From Eubacteriales bacterium (lineage in GTDB: Bacteria; Bacillota; Clostridia; Oscillospirales; CAG-272): a stretch of DNA of 64,000 nucleotides. Below are positions 38,049 through 47,203 of this stretch, piece by piece (the stretch's first letter is position 1; each line of letters starts with the position of its first letter). The notes below the pieces were generated by a model. The model did no database searches. It was not told the DNA's origin and saw only the letters and a program-made list of their open reading frames with translations. The position numbers and the translations under genes are program-made. The stretch is taken from contig JAZSIF010000023.1 in assembly GCA_045533675.1 (NCBI GenBank), forward strand, positions 17,504-81,503, read 5' to 3'.

Positions 38049-38306
38049 CTATACGATTGAGGGAAAAGAAAAAATTAAATTCGGCTTTTGGGTAAATGGA
38101 AATTTGGTTTTGAGCAGATACAGAACACATCCCCTGTCCTTGTGGAGAAGCCCGCCCGTATGCCCGATCTTCACCTGTGTCACAATCACCTTTTCCATTT
38201 TCCCCACCTGCGAATTTCGTGAGCGGGCAAAATACGGATCGACATCTCCCACAACGAGTTTTTCGGAATAAAAACGTATGCCATTGCCGCAGTCGGTGTC
38301 AAACAT
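38049..38306 (-). other. Possible short CDS or gene remnant (85 codons) convergent with the disrupted ORF
   Basis: MFDTDCGNGIRFYSEKLVVGDVDPYFARSRNSQVGKMEKVIVTQVKIGHTGGLLHKDRG... GAGGA lies 4 nt before ATG 38306. The 3' third looks non-protein-like. Confidence 0.2.
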
Positions 38307-38385
38307 CTGATCCTCAAGGATAACCGCACCGAACAAGGCAAACAGTTTCCCATAAAAATTGGGGGCGTGGATCAATAAAGAATAA

Positions 38386-38479
38386 CGGCGGGAGCAAGCC
38401 CCCGCCCTACGTGAATTAAGGGATGCCACAGAAAATAGGCATGTACCTTTCTTCGTAGGGCGGGGGTTTACTCCCACCG
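38386..38479. repeat. Nested 94-bp inverted repeat (26-bp arms, 23/26 match, 42-bp centre)
   Basis: Left arm cggcgggagcaagcccccgccctacg (38386-38411). Right arm cgtagggcgggggtttactcccaccg (38454-38479). Each arm also folds on itself (ggcggg/cccgcc). Confidence 0.7.
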
Positions 38480-38506
38480 TTCTATGTTTCAAAATCAGTT
38501 GCGATT

Positions 38507-39760
38507 TCAAAGATTGGAAACAGTCCGTTCCCTTTTCTTTTTGGATTTCCAAAGATAGAAATACACAGCAATCGCAATTAAGGGGAACAACATACCAAGA
38601 AGCAACCCGGTTTTCATGCCAAGCTGTTCTCTGGAAAGCCCCAATCGGGTAGCAAGCTCCAGCGCCACAGAATTGTCCGCTACCGTATCGGTAACGATCC
38701 CCATCATCTGCGGCCCCACCGATGCGCCAAGATCCCCTCCAGCCGCCATCATGGCATAGATAAATACACCTCCCGTGGGAACACGGTCTGCCGCCACGAT
38801 CAGACATCCGGGCCATAGCATGGCGGTAAAGAATCCCGTCATTCCGCAAGCGATCAGTCCAAGGATTGGAAGACCCGACAGTGCCGCCGTTCCATAGCAA
38901 AGCGTTGCCCCCACCGCACTGAACAGGAGCACCCGCTCGATATTCGAGCCGTACTTTGCGTACATCGTCCGCCCCAGTCCCAGCATCGTGCCGAACAACG
39001 CCACCCCAAACACATCGCCCCACACCTTGGGGATTCCCATGACTTCCTCAAGATATCCCGAACACCATTGCGCCATGGTGCATTCGGAGGCTCCTCCCAA
39101 AAAAATGGCAAATACACAGAGCCAGAGGGCGGGCTTTCTCATCAAGGCGAGAATACCCGATGCCTTTTCGGGAGTATCCATCATCGGCAGCTTTGCGCCG
39201 CCGAACAAGACCGCCGAGGAGAGAGGAATCAACACAAAGAAGAGCGAAAGAATCTGCCAGGATCGTGCGCCAAACACAAGCAAAAACAGAGTGGCAAACA
39301 GAATCACTCCCACAACACCCCAAGCATAGATCGAGTGAAGCTTGCTCATATCTCTCTCGGGATTTTCACTGGGAAGCGCGGCAATCACGGGACTGATCAG
39401 CACCTCGCAAAAGCCGCTTGCCGCTGAGAAAATAACCGTTCCAATCACCAAGCCAACATAGACCTGCGTAGGAAATAAAATCGGCGCCATGGCGTAAAGA
39501 ATCAGTCCAGCGATGGTCAGATAGGGAGTCATCTTTACTGCCAGGGGAATATTGAATTTATGGGAAAAGAAGGAGAAGATTAAATCCACCGTCAACTGCG
39601 TGACAAAATTGATCAACACCAAAAGTCCCAGCAAGGAATAGGAAATTCCGTAAAGACCTCGGAAGGTCAGGAACAGAAGCGGAGACAGATTTCCCACCAC
39701 CGCCATAGATATATTAGAGGTATAGCAAGCCCATCGGACTCGTTTGTCATTTCGATTCAT
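38507..39760 (-). CDS. MFS transporter
   Basis: 417-aa ORF with about 12 hydrophobic spans and typical MFS loop composition. SD GAAGGTGA. Confidence 0.8.
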   Translation of the reverse strand: MNRNDKRVRWACYTSNISMAVVGNLSPLLFLTFRGLYGISYSLLGLLVLINFVTQLTVDLIFSFFSHKFNIPLAVKMTPYLTIAGLILYAMAPILFPTQVYVGLVIGTVIFSAASGFCEVLISPVIAALPSENPERDMSKLHSIYAWGVVGVILFATLFLLVFGARSWQILSLFFVLIPLSSAVLFGGAKLPMMDTPEKASGILALMRKPALWLCVFAIFLGGASECTMAQWCSGYLEEVMGIPKVWGDVFGVALFGTMLGLGRTMYAKYGSNIERVLLFSAVGATLCYGTAALSGLPILGLIACGMTGFFTAMLWPGCLIVAADRVPTGGVFIYAMMAAGGDLGASVGPQMMGIVTDTVADNSVALELATRLGLSREQLGMKTGLLLGMLFPLIAIAVYFYLWKSKKKRERTVSNL

Positions 39761-39882
39761 AGTCAGTCACCTTCTATCAGTCTTTCTACCTTTCCGTTGT
39801 TCAATATCAAAGGCATTTCAGTCGCTTTGTGCGACCGTTCACATCAATATTGTCCATTGTATGGTTGATTACAAGAGCTTTT

Positions 39883-39963
39883 TCAATGATATACCATGGG
39901 CAACATGAATCTACCCACCCTTCTCCAAAGGGTCTGAAGCATTCTATAAGCCTTAATTGCCAT
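39883..39963 (-). CDS. Candidate 26-codon leader ORF upstream of the MFS gene
   Basis: AGGAG lies 6 nt before the ATG. Peptide MAIKAYRMLQTLWRRVGRFMLPMVYH. It lies in a leader of about 225 nt. Confidence 0.25.
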   Translation of the reverse strand: MAIKAYRMLQTLWRRVGRFMLPMVYH

Positions 39964-39993
39964 AGCAAGCTCCTCTTCTCTTTCGCTATGTCT

Positions 39994-40023
39994 ATTATAT
40001 TTTTTCGCAAGATGTTCCGACAA
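39994..40023 (-). promoter_or_regulatory. Promoter of the MFS leader transcript
   Basis: Minus strand: TTGTCG (40023-40018), 18 nt, TATAAT (39999-39994). Confidence 0.45.
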
Positions 40024-40060
40024 AAATACAGGACAAGGCAAAACCTTGTCCTGTATTTTT
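40022..40060. terminator. rplS terminator (bidirectional shape)
   Basis: aaaaatacaggacaagg-caaaa-ccttgtcctgtattttt. Confidence 0.85.
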
Positions 40061-40065
40061 CGGCT

Positions 40066-40407
40066 TTAGATCTTTTCCTTAACCTTAGAAGCCTTACCCA
40101 CTCTGTCACGCAGATAGTAGAGCTTTGCTCTTCTGACCTTACCCTGACGGATCAGGTCAACCTTGACTACGTTAGGAGAGTGAATGGGGAACGTCTTCTC
40201 GATTCCACAACCGTAGGAAACGCGTCTTACGGTGAAGGTCTCGGAGATTCCGCCGCCGTGCTTTGCGATCACGGTACCCTCAAACATCTGAATTCTCTCG
40301 CGGTTACCCTCTTTGATTCTGTTGTGAACGCGGATGGTGTCACCGATGTTGACGACCGGGATTTCGGTCTTAAGCTGCTCGTTTGTAAAAGCCTGAAGTA
40401 AGTTCAT
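40066..40407 (-). CDS. rplS: 50S ribosomal protein L19
   Basis: [47 protein letters not shown]... Confidence 0.95.
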   Translation of the reverse strand: MNLLQAFTNEQLKTEIPVVNIGDTIRVHNRIKEGNRERIQMFEGTVIAKHGGGISETFTVRRVSYGCGIEKTFPIHSPNVVKVDLIRQGKVRRAKLYYLRDRVGKASKVKEKI

Positions 40408-40533
40408 GTTCAGTCCTCCTTAAAGATCCGGGCATTCATGCAGAGCGACGCAGCGGACTACCCTTCTATTTTCGTTTATAGCCTTTCGGCACACAACGCA
40501 TAATATTATATCATACCCCAAATCATTTTGCAA
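40408..40533 (-). promoter_or_regulatory. rplS promoter and ~90-nt leader (possible L19-type leader, unverified)
   Basis: Minus strand: TTGCAA (40533-40528), 17 nt, TATAAT (40510-40505). SD AAGGAGG precedes ATG 40407. Confidence 0.45.
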
Positions 40534-40569
40534 GTCTTTTTTAAAAATTTCTTGGATTATTTTTTGTTT

Positions 40570-41985
40570 TTAGGAAGTTTTTTTATGCTTTCCCAAAAAG
40601 GAACAAAAAATCTTCATCAAGGAACGCACAATGCCCTGTCCGTTAAACACCAATATCAAGACAAGAAGCAAAACCTCTGCGATCTGCCAATAACGGAACG
40701 CGGAGATCATGATCACCGATTGTACCAGAAGCAGCAATCCGTTGATGATTAAGCGGGGCGTATGCAAAGAAAATTTCAAATAGTTTCTCGTATCTACCGC
40801 CCGAATGGCATAGACCGCCAAATAACTGATGAGGGTCGCTACCGCCGCTCCCATGGCACCGTGCTTGGGAATCATCACAAAGTTAAGGACAATATTCACC
40901 ACAGCCCCCGACATGGCTGTCAACATGGACATAAGACTCTTCTTTTCCAAAAAGTATACGCTTCCAAGGAACGATACCAACGTCGAAAACAAAGTTGCGT
41001 TTACCAAAACAGGAACAAACTCCCAGGACGCAAAATAGCTTTCATCCAAAAGAATCGAGGTGAATATTTTGGCTCCCACAATGAGGAAGGAGGAGCCCAT
41101 CACCATGATGCTCATGAAATTTACGTACACACTGCCAAAGAAATCGGATTTTTCCTCGTCCGTGGCATCTTTGACCGTGGAAAAATGCCATGCCTCGATA
41201 AACACCCCACTAACCAATGCCAAAAGCGTGGGCAGCTTATACGCCGCCGCATAGAGTCCGTTCTCTGCCGTTCCGCAATAGGCGGCAACGATATATCGGT
41301 CGGAGACCGATGTGATCAGCCACATTATGGTAGTTGGAATATAGGGAATGCTAAACCGAAGCATTGCCCCCGCGGTTTTCCGCGTCACCGCACGGAAGGA
41401 AAAATCCCTCCAAAGCCTTGCCGCAAGGAAAAGAAGCACCACCATGGTAAAATCGGAAATGACCACCGACAACACGTATCCAAGGCTTCCCATATCGAAC
41501 ACAATCAAGAAAAGGATGTTCAAAAGAATAGTCAGTGCGGTATTAATAATTCCCTGCACCGCAAACAATCCCGTCCTTCCCTGGGCACGGATATAGTTGG
41601 CGAAAGCGGAATGAAGATTGGCGGCGATCACGTAACAGGCGATCAGCATGACATATCCCGAAAACACGTCAAACAATCGGAGCACCTGAATGGCTCCAAG
41701 AATCCCCGCGCTACCGCACAGCAGAATGGCAATTCCCGTAGAAAATACGTTTCGACGGTCCTCGGATTCCTCTAAGGCGAATCGAAAAATTCCGTCGCAG
41801 ATTCCCACCGAAGCCAAAGGAATCAAGAGATTTGCCGTTTGGGAAATCAGGTCTGCCGTTCCGAATTCCGATGCTGAAAGGATCGCCGTATACAACGGCA
41901 TAAGCAGAAGGACAAGCACCTTTGACGCAAAGGTGCCCGCCCCTAAAATTGCCGTATTGGATAGCAACCGTTTATACTTTCCCAT
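40570..41985 (-). CDS. MOP-superfamily (Wzx/SpoVB-like) polysaccharide or oligosaccharide flippase
   Basis: Polytopic ORF of about 470 aa. N-terminus KRLLSNTAILGAGTFASKVLVLLLMPLYT is typical of the polysaccharide biosynthesis protein family. Confidence 0.75.
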   Translation of the reverse strand: MGKYKRLLSNTAILGAGTFASKVLVLLLMPLYTAILSASEFGTADLISQTANLLIPLASVGICDGIFRFALEESEDRRNVFSTGIAILLCGSAGILGAIQVLRLFDVFSGYVMLIACYVIAANLHSAFANYIRAQGRTGLFAVQGIINTALTILLNILFLIVFDMGSLGYVLSVVISDFTMVVLLFLAARLWRDFSFRAVTRKTAGAMLRFSIPYIPTTIMWLITSVSDRYIVAAYCGTAENGLYAAAYKLPTLLALVSGVFIEAWHFSTVKDATDEEKSDFFGSVYVNFMSIMVMGSSFLIVGAKIFTSILLDESYFASWEFVPVLVNATLFSTLVSFLGSVYFLEKKSLMSMLTAMSGAVVNIVLNFVMIPKHGAMGAAVATLISYLAVYAIRAVDTRNYLKFSLHTPRLIINGLLLLVQSVIMISAFRYWQIAEVLLLVLILVFNGQGIVRSLMKIFCSFLGKHKKTS

Positions 41986-41990
41986 AAGGA

Positions 41991-42722
41991 TCAATCGCAG
42001 TTTTCCCAGTTATGGTACACGTTCATAACGTCATCGTCGTCCTCCAGACGCTCGATAAGCAACCCCATGAATTTGATCTCTTCCTCACTGTCGAGGGTTA
42101 CGTAATTCTGGGCGATCTTAGTTTGCTCTGCGGAAAGGATCTCATATCCTGCCGCCTTGATCTCTTCCTGAATGTCATAAAGATCCTCTGGAACCGTGTA
42201 GATCTCGAATACCTCTCCCTCAGCGGCAAAATCCTCAGCGCCCGCCTCGAGAGCAGTCTCCATGAGCTTATCCTCGTCCACATCCCCGTCTTCATTGGAA
42301 ATAACGATCAAACCCTTATCCTCAAAGAGGTAGGACACGCATCCCGTCTGTCCCATATTTCCGTGATACTTGGAGAAATAGGCGCGAATATTTCCCGCCG
42401 TACGGTTGCGGTTGTCGGTTGTCGCCTCTACGATCACGGCAATTCCCGCAGGGCCATAGCCTTCGTAAACCACCTCTTCGTAGTTCTCTCCCGTGCTTCC
42501 CAGCGCTTTTTTGATGGTACGCTCAATATTATCGTTGGGAACATTATTTGCCTTTGCTTTCAAAATCAGGTCGCGAAGCTTGGAGTTGGACGCGGGATCT
42601 CCGCCGCCCTCCTTTACCGCAATGGTAATCTCCTTACCGATCTTCGTAAACACCTTCGCTCTCTGCGCGTCGGTTTTTTCTTTTTTATGCTTGATATTCG
42701 CCCATTTGCTATGTCCGGACAT
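41991..42722 (-). CDS. YebC/PmpR family DNA-binding transcriptional regulator
   Basis: MSGHSKWANIKHKKEKTDAQRAKVFTK... from ATG 42722, 9 nt after AGAGG. Confidence 0.93.
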   Translation of the reverse strand: MSGHSKWANIKHKKEKTDAQRAKVFTKIGKEITIAVKEGGGDPASNSKLRDLILKAKANNVPNDNIERTIKKALGSTGENYEEVVYEGYGPAGIAVIVEATTDNRNRTAGNIRAYFSKYHGNMGQTGCVSYLFEDKGLIVISNEDGDVDEDKLMETALEAGAEDFAAEGEVFEIYTVPEDLYDIQEEIKAAGYEILSAEQTKIAQNYVTLDSEEEIKFMGLLIERLEDDDDVMNVYHNWENCD

Positions 42723-42759
42723 GGTCACTTACCTCTTTATTTTCAGAATTTTGATTCAA

Positions 42760-44472
42760 TCAAATTTTTTCGGTCTTGGCAAGGCAGATCAAGTCAAACG
42801 CGTTGCCAAGCACGGTTTTTGCCGCCTCGGTCAAAACCAGACGGGTATTGCGCACAGCTTCATTTTCAGCACCCAGGATCGAGCAATTGTGATAGAATCG
42901 GTTATACGCTCCCGCCAAATCCAAAATATAGCGGGTAATGATCGAGGGCTCATAGGCATCGATGGCATCCCGAACCGTCTCCTCAAATCGGCTAATCACC
43001 TTCAAAAGTTCGGTCTCCTCAGAAGCGGTCATGGTAAGTGCCACCTCTCTATCGTAGGACTCGGATTTTGCCAAAACCGAGCAGGTACGGGCATAGGTAT
43101 ACTGTACGTAGGGACCCGTATTTCCGTCAAAGCTGAGGGCATCCTCCATGATAAAGTTGATGTCACGGATTCGGTTATTAGACAGATAATAGAATACAAT
43201 CGCTCCCACACCAACCGCTTCCGCGATCTTTTCCTTATCGGCAAGATCGGGATTTTTCTCTTCCATGATTGCCGCAACCTTATCAATCGCCAAAGCAAAC
43301 AGATCACGCAACAGAATGACGTTACCCGTACGGGTAGCCAGCTTTGCGCCGTTGATACTGACCGTTCCGTAAGGAACATGTACCAGCTTGTCTGCCCAGT
43401 CGTAGCCCATCAGGTCCACGACCTTGAACCACTGCGCAAAGTGCAGACTCTGTCCCGCGCTGGTGACGTAGATCGCCTTATCAAAATCATAGGTCTCCTT
43501 GCGATAGACCGCCGCCGCAATGTCACGGGTAGGATAGAGGGTAGAGCCGTCTCTCTTCAAAATGAGGCAAGGGGGCATTCCATACGCCTCCAAGTCTACG
43601 ATAGACGCGCCGTCGTCTATTTTCAGAAGGTTCATGTCTCTGAGCTTCCGCACCTGTGCGGGCATCTTATCGGTATAGAAGGATTCGCCCTTATAGCTGT
43701 CGAACTCAATGCCGAGCTGAGCGTAGGTCTTTTTATATTCCTCGAGGCTGATCTTGACAAACCACTGCCAAAGCGCGATGTTCTCCTTGTCGCCCTCCTC
43801 GAGCTTATGGAACTCAGCTCGGGCTCTGTCGTTGAGGGTAGGATCCTTCTCGGCTTCCTCGTGATACTTCACGTAAAGCTCAACCAGCTTATCGATTCCG
43901 CCCTCCTCAACGGTCTGCTTGTTGCCCCACAAACGGTAGGCGGTGATCAGCTTTCCGAACTGGGTTCCCCAGTCGCCAAGATAGTTAATACCGACACAGC
44001 GATATCCCGCAAACTCGTGAAGCTTCTTGAGAGAGTGACCGATGACGGTCGTACCCAAATGTCCGATATGGAAGGGCTTTGCCACGTTAGGAGAGGAATA
44101 ATCAAGCACAACGGTCTTTCCCTTACCGAGGTCGGGGGCTCCGTACCGCTCACCCTTCGAAAGAACCTCGGGGAGAACCTGCTTTGCAAGGTAACCTCCG
44201 TCAATAAACATATTCAAATATCCGTTTACCGCTTCAATGCGGGCAAGAGCGGGCACCTTCACGTTCTCAGCAAGAGATGCCGCAATTTTTACGGGCGCAT
44301 TGCGAAGAATTTTGCTCAGCTTAAAGCAAGGAAGCGCAAGATCACCCATATTGGCATCCGGAGGATATTCCAACATGGACGAAATGGTTGTCGCATCCAG
44401 CTCCGCGGTAGCGTTCATGGCACGCACCTGCTCCTCAATGGCTTCGGATATCATTTTCTTAATTGAAAGCAT
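42760..44472 (-). CDS. argS: Arginine--tRNA ligase
   Basis: 570-aa ORF. SPNVAKPFHIGHL (HIGH) and a class I Rossmann fold, with the anticodon-binding C-terminus ending ...AKTEKI. Confidence 0.93.
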   Translation of the reverse strand: MLSIKKMISEAIEEQVRAMNATAELDATTISSMLEYPPDANMGDLALPCFKLSKILRNAPVKIAASLAENVKVPALARIEAVNGYLNMFIDGGYLAKQVLPEVLSKGERYGAPDLGKGKTVVLDYSSPNVAKPFHIGHLGTTVIGHSLKKLHEFAGYRCVGINYLGDWGTQFGKLITAYRLWGNKQTVEEGGIDKLVELYVKYHEEAEKDPTLNDRARAEFHKLEEGDKENIALWQWFVKISLEEYKKTYAQLGIEFDSYKGESFYTDKMPAQVRKLRDMNLLKIDDGASIVDLEAYGMPPCLILKRDGSTLYPTRDIAAAVYRKETYDFDKAIYVTSAGQSLHFAQWFKVVDLMGYDWADKLVHVPYGTVSINGAKLATRTGNVILLRDLFALAIDKVAAIMEEKNPDLADKEKIAEAVGVGAIVFYYLSNNRIRDINFIMEDALSFDGNTGPYVQYTYARTCSVLAKSESYDREVALTMTASEETELLKVISRFEETVRDAIDAYEPSIITRYILDLAGAYNRFYHNCSILGAENEAVRNTRLVLTEAAKTVLGNAFDLICLAKTEKI

Positions 44473-44567
44473 ATCATCGAACCTCTTTTTCTACAAAATT
44501 ATCATTTACACAACTTTTTAATTATACTACGTTTTGCCCCTTTTTTCAAGAGCTTTTGGGATTTTTC

Positions 44568-45044
44568 TCAGGTCAAATCGGCAATTTTTCCCCCGACAAA
44601 GGAGACAATATCCTCTGCCTTGATCCATAGCTGCATTCCTCTGACCCCTGCGCTGACCGTGATCGTGTCCTGCTTCTCCGCTTCCACATCGAAATAGGTG
44701 GGAAACCGCTTTTTCATTCCCACGGGAGAGCATCCTCCACGAATATATCCCGTAAGACCGAGCAACTCCTTGACGTGAACGGGCTCTACCTTTTTATTCC
44801 CCGTTACCTGCGCCGCCTTTTTGAGATCGATTTCCCTATGGCACGGAATACAGAATACCAGATACCCCGTTTTATCTCCCCGTGTCACAATGGTCTTGAA
44901 TACCTGCTCATAGGGAAGTCCAATCTGATCGGCAATGTGAGTCCCGCTCAGGTCGTTCTCATCCACCTCATAGGAACAAACGATATATGAAATTTTCGCC
45001 GCGTCCAGCTGTCGCATAGCATTGGTCTTTTGATTTGCTTTCAT
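44568..45044 (-). CDS. ybaK: Cys-tRNA(Pro)/Cys-tRNA(Cys) deacylase, YbaK/EbsC family
   Basis: 158-aa ORF. GYIRGGCSPVGMKK motif. Confidence 0.85.
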   Translation of the reverse strand: MKANQKTNAMRQLDAAKISYIVCSYEVDENDLSGTHIADQIGLPYEQVFKTIVTRGDKTGYLVFCIPCHREIDLKKAAQVTGNKKVEPVHVKELLGLTGYIRGGCSPVGMKKRFPTYFDVEAEKQDTITVSAGVRGMQLWIKAEDIVSFVGGKIADLT

Positions 45045-46717
45045 GAATAGGTTTCTCCTTCGGCGATCATCTCTCTCGCCGCGCGCCGTTGTACCTCGGT
45101 AATCTCAATGCCTCCAAGAATGCGGGCGATCTCACCTACACGTCCCTCGGCATCCAATTCACAGAGCGAGGTGGACACTCTTCCATCCTCCTCCTTTTTG
45201 GAAATGTATAAATGGTGATGCGCCAAGGATGCGATCTGCGCGGAATGGGTCACGCAAATAACCTGCGCATTCTTTCCAATTTCCTTTAATTTGATTCCCA
45301 CCTTACGGGAGGTCTTTCCCGAAATACCCGTATCGATCTCATCAAAGATCACAGTATCCACACCGTCACAGACATTCAATACGTTTTTCAGAGACAGCAT
45401 AATCCTCGCCAATTCTCCGCCAGAGGCGATCTTTGCCATAGGCAAGAGAGGATCTCCCGGATTGGTGGAAATGAGAAACTCTACCTCATCCAATCCATAC
45501 GCCTGAAAATCTGCCGACTTAGAAATACCAACCTCGAAACGCACCTTGGGCATGTCCAAAAAGGCAAGTGTCTCACAAACCGAACCGGTCAATCCCTTCG
45601 CTCCCCTGCGACGAAGCTCGCTTAAAGCGGAAGCTGTCTTTTTTGCCTCTTCCTCCGCGAATCGAATTTCCTCCCAAAGGTCCTCCATCCGTTCATCGGC
45701 GTGCTCTAATTGCTCCAGTCTCTCTGCGGCTTCCTGACGGAAAGCAAGAATCTCTTCCTCGGTACTTCCGTATTTCCGTTTCAGCTTGGCAATGGCATCC
45801 AGTCTTGCTTCGGCACGATCCAGCTTGGAAAGCACGTCCTCTCCGTCAAAGGAATTGATCTCTCCCACAGACGCGGCAATATCCTCCAGCTCATAGCGGA
45901 TATCATTCAGTCGGGCATTCAGCCGTTCCGCTTCGGGAACCGCATCCGAAATAGCTTCCATTGCCGCCGCGGCACGTTCCACCAAATAGATGGCACCTCT
46001 TCCCTTTTCGCCGCCCTCCAGCGCTCGTTCGGTCACAAGACAGCTCTTTTCAATCTGTTCGGCGGCTCGAAGACGATTGGCAAGCTCGGTCAATGCGTCC
46101 TCCTCGCCTGCTTTGATCCTTACGGCATCAATCTCAGCTACTTGATAACGGAGCATCTCGCAAAGGCGAGCCTGTTCTCTTTGATCCTTTTGGAGAGAAT
46201 CCAATTCGTTACGAAGCGCAAGCACTCCTCGATATTGCTCCCCATAGGTCTGACTAAGCTCTGACGCTCCCACATAGCGATCCAACAAACGCACGTGATT
46301 CTTTGGATCCAAGAGTTGTTGATTATCATTTTGTCCGTGAATGTTAAAGAGAACCGCTCCGATCTCCCGCAACACGGAAATGGGGATCGCCCGTCCGTTG
46401 AGCCTGGCAGACGAGGACTGATGCGTAAGAACTCTCGACAGCATGAGCGTATCATCAGAAACCTCAAAGCCAAGCTCCGAAAGCAGACAGATTACTCCCT
46501 CGGACAAATGTCCGAACATCGCTGACACCTCAGCTCGATTCTCGCCCGTTCGAATCAATTCCTTATCGGCTTTCCCGCCAAGCAACAGATTTAGGCTGTC
46601 AATGATGATGGATTTTCCCGCTCCCGTCTCACCGGACAGAACAGTCAAGCCCTCTTGAAAATCTACATCCAGCTTTTTAACCACCGCGATGTTTTCAATG
46701 TGCAAGGATTGTATCAT
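45041..46717 (-). CDS. recN: DNA repair protein RecN
   Basis: Walker A GETGAGKS, long coiled coil, signature SGGELARIML, and Walker B VIFDEID. Confidence 0.95.
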   Translation of the reverse strand: MIQSLHIENIAVVKKLDVDFQEGLTVLSGETGAGKSIIIDSLNLLLGGKADKELIRTGENRAEVSAMFGHLSEGVICLLSELGFEVSDDTLMLSRVLTHQSSSARLNGRAIPISVLREIGAVLFNIHGQNDNQQLLDPKNHVRLLDRYVGASELSQTYGEQYRGVLALRNELDSLQKDQREQARLCEMLRYQVAEIDAVRIKAGEEDALTELANRLRAAEQIEKSCLVTERALEGGEKGRGAIYLVERAAAAMEAISDAVPEAERLNARLNDIRYELEDIAASVGEINSFDGEDVLSKLDRAEARLDAIAKLKRKYGSTEEEILAFRQEAAERLEQLEHADERMEDLWEEIRFAEEEAKKTASALSELRRRGAKGLTGSVCETLAFLDMPKVRFEVGISKSADFQAYGLDEVEFLISTNPGDPLLPMAKIASGGELARIMLSLKNVLNVCDGVDTVIFDEIDTGISGKTSRKVGIKLKEIGKNAQVICVTHSAQIASLAHHHLYISKKEEDGRVSTSLCELDAEGRVGEIARILGGIEITEVQRRAAREMIAEGETYS

Positions 46718-46730
46718 ACAATAAACCCCA

Positions 46731-47186
46731 TTAAATTGCTTTCATCAATTTTCGAATGGTTTCACTGATCTCTGCCGAGCTTTCTTCATCTCTGGTTACA
46801 ATGATAATAGTATCATCCCCCGCCACACATCCGAGAACCTGATGCATATTCATGGCATCCACCGAGGATGCCACCGCCTGCGCAAGCCCGGGATAAGTCT
46901 TGAGGACCACGTTGTTCATCGAGTAATCCACGTGAATAATGGAATCCACCATGGCGTTATTGAGACGGACGTTTCCCGTATGACTTCTGGCAGGATTGAC
47001 ACAGTACCGATAGGTACCTCTCGCCGTCAAGGCCTTACTGAGCATCAATTCCTTTAAGTCTCTGGAAACGGTTGCCTGCGTCACCGCGTAGCCATCGGCA
47101 CGGAGAAGCGCCAGCATTTCCTCCTGCGTTTCAATCTCGTGTTCGGCAACCAGCTCTAAAATTCTATTTTGTCTTTTGGTTTTCAT
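46731..47186 (-). CDS. argR: Arginine repressor
   Basis: MKTKRQNRILELV...TQATVSRDLKEL...GCVAGDDTIIIV. Confidence 0.93.
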   Translation of the reverse strand: MKTKRQNRILELVAEHEIETQEEMLALLRADGYAVTQATVSRDLKELMLSKALTARGTYRYCVNPARSHTGNVRLNNAMVDSIIHVDYSMNNVVLKTYPGLAQAVASSVDAMNMHQVLGCVAGDDTIIIVTRDEESSAEISETIRKLMKAI

Positions 47187-47203
47187 GTTTGCCCTCCAAA
47201 TTC

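Noticed and set aside
38049-39023. 324-aa minus-strand ORF
   Set aside because: Most of it is an out-of-frame overlap with the MFS transporter gene on the same strand, and it is Gly/Arg/Trp-rich. Only its last ~85 codons lie outside the MFS gene. Those are listed separately as a low-confidence remnant.
42493-44466. 657-aa plus-strand ORF
   Set aside because: It is antisense to argS and yebC, has no recognisable motifs and no SD. It is a shadow ORF.
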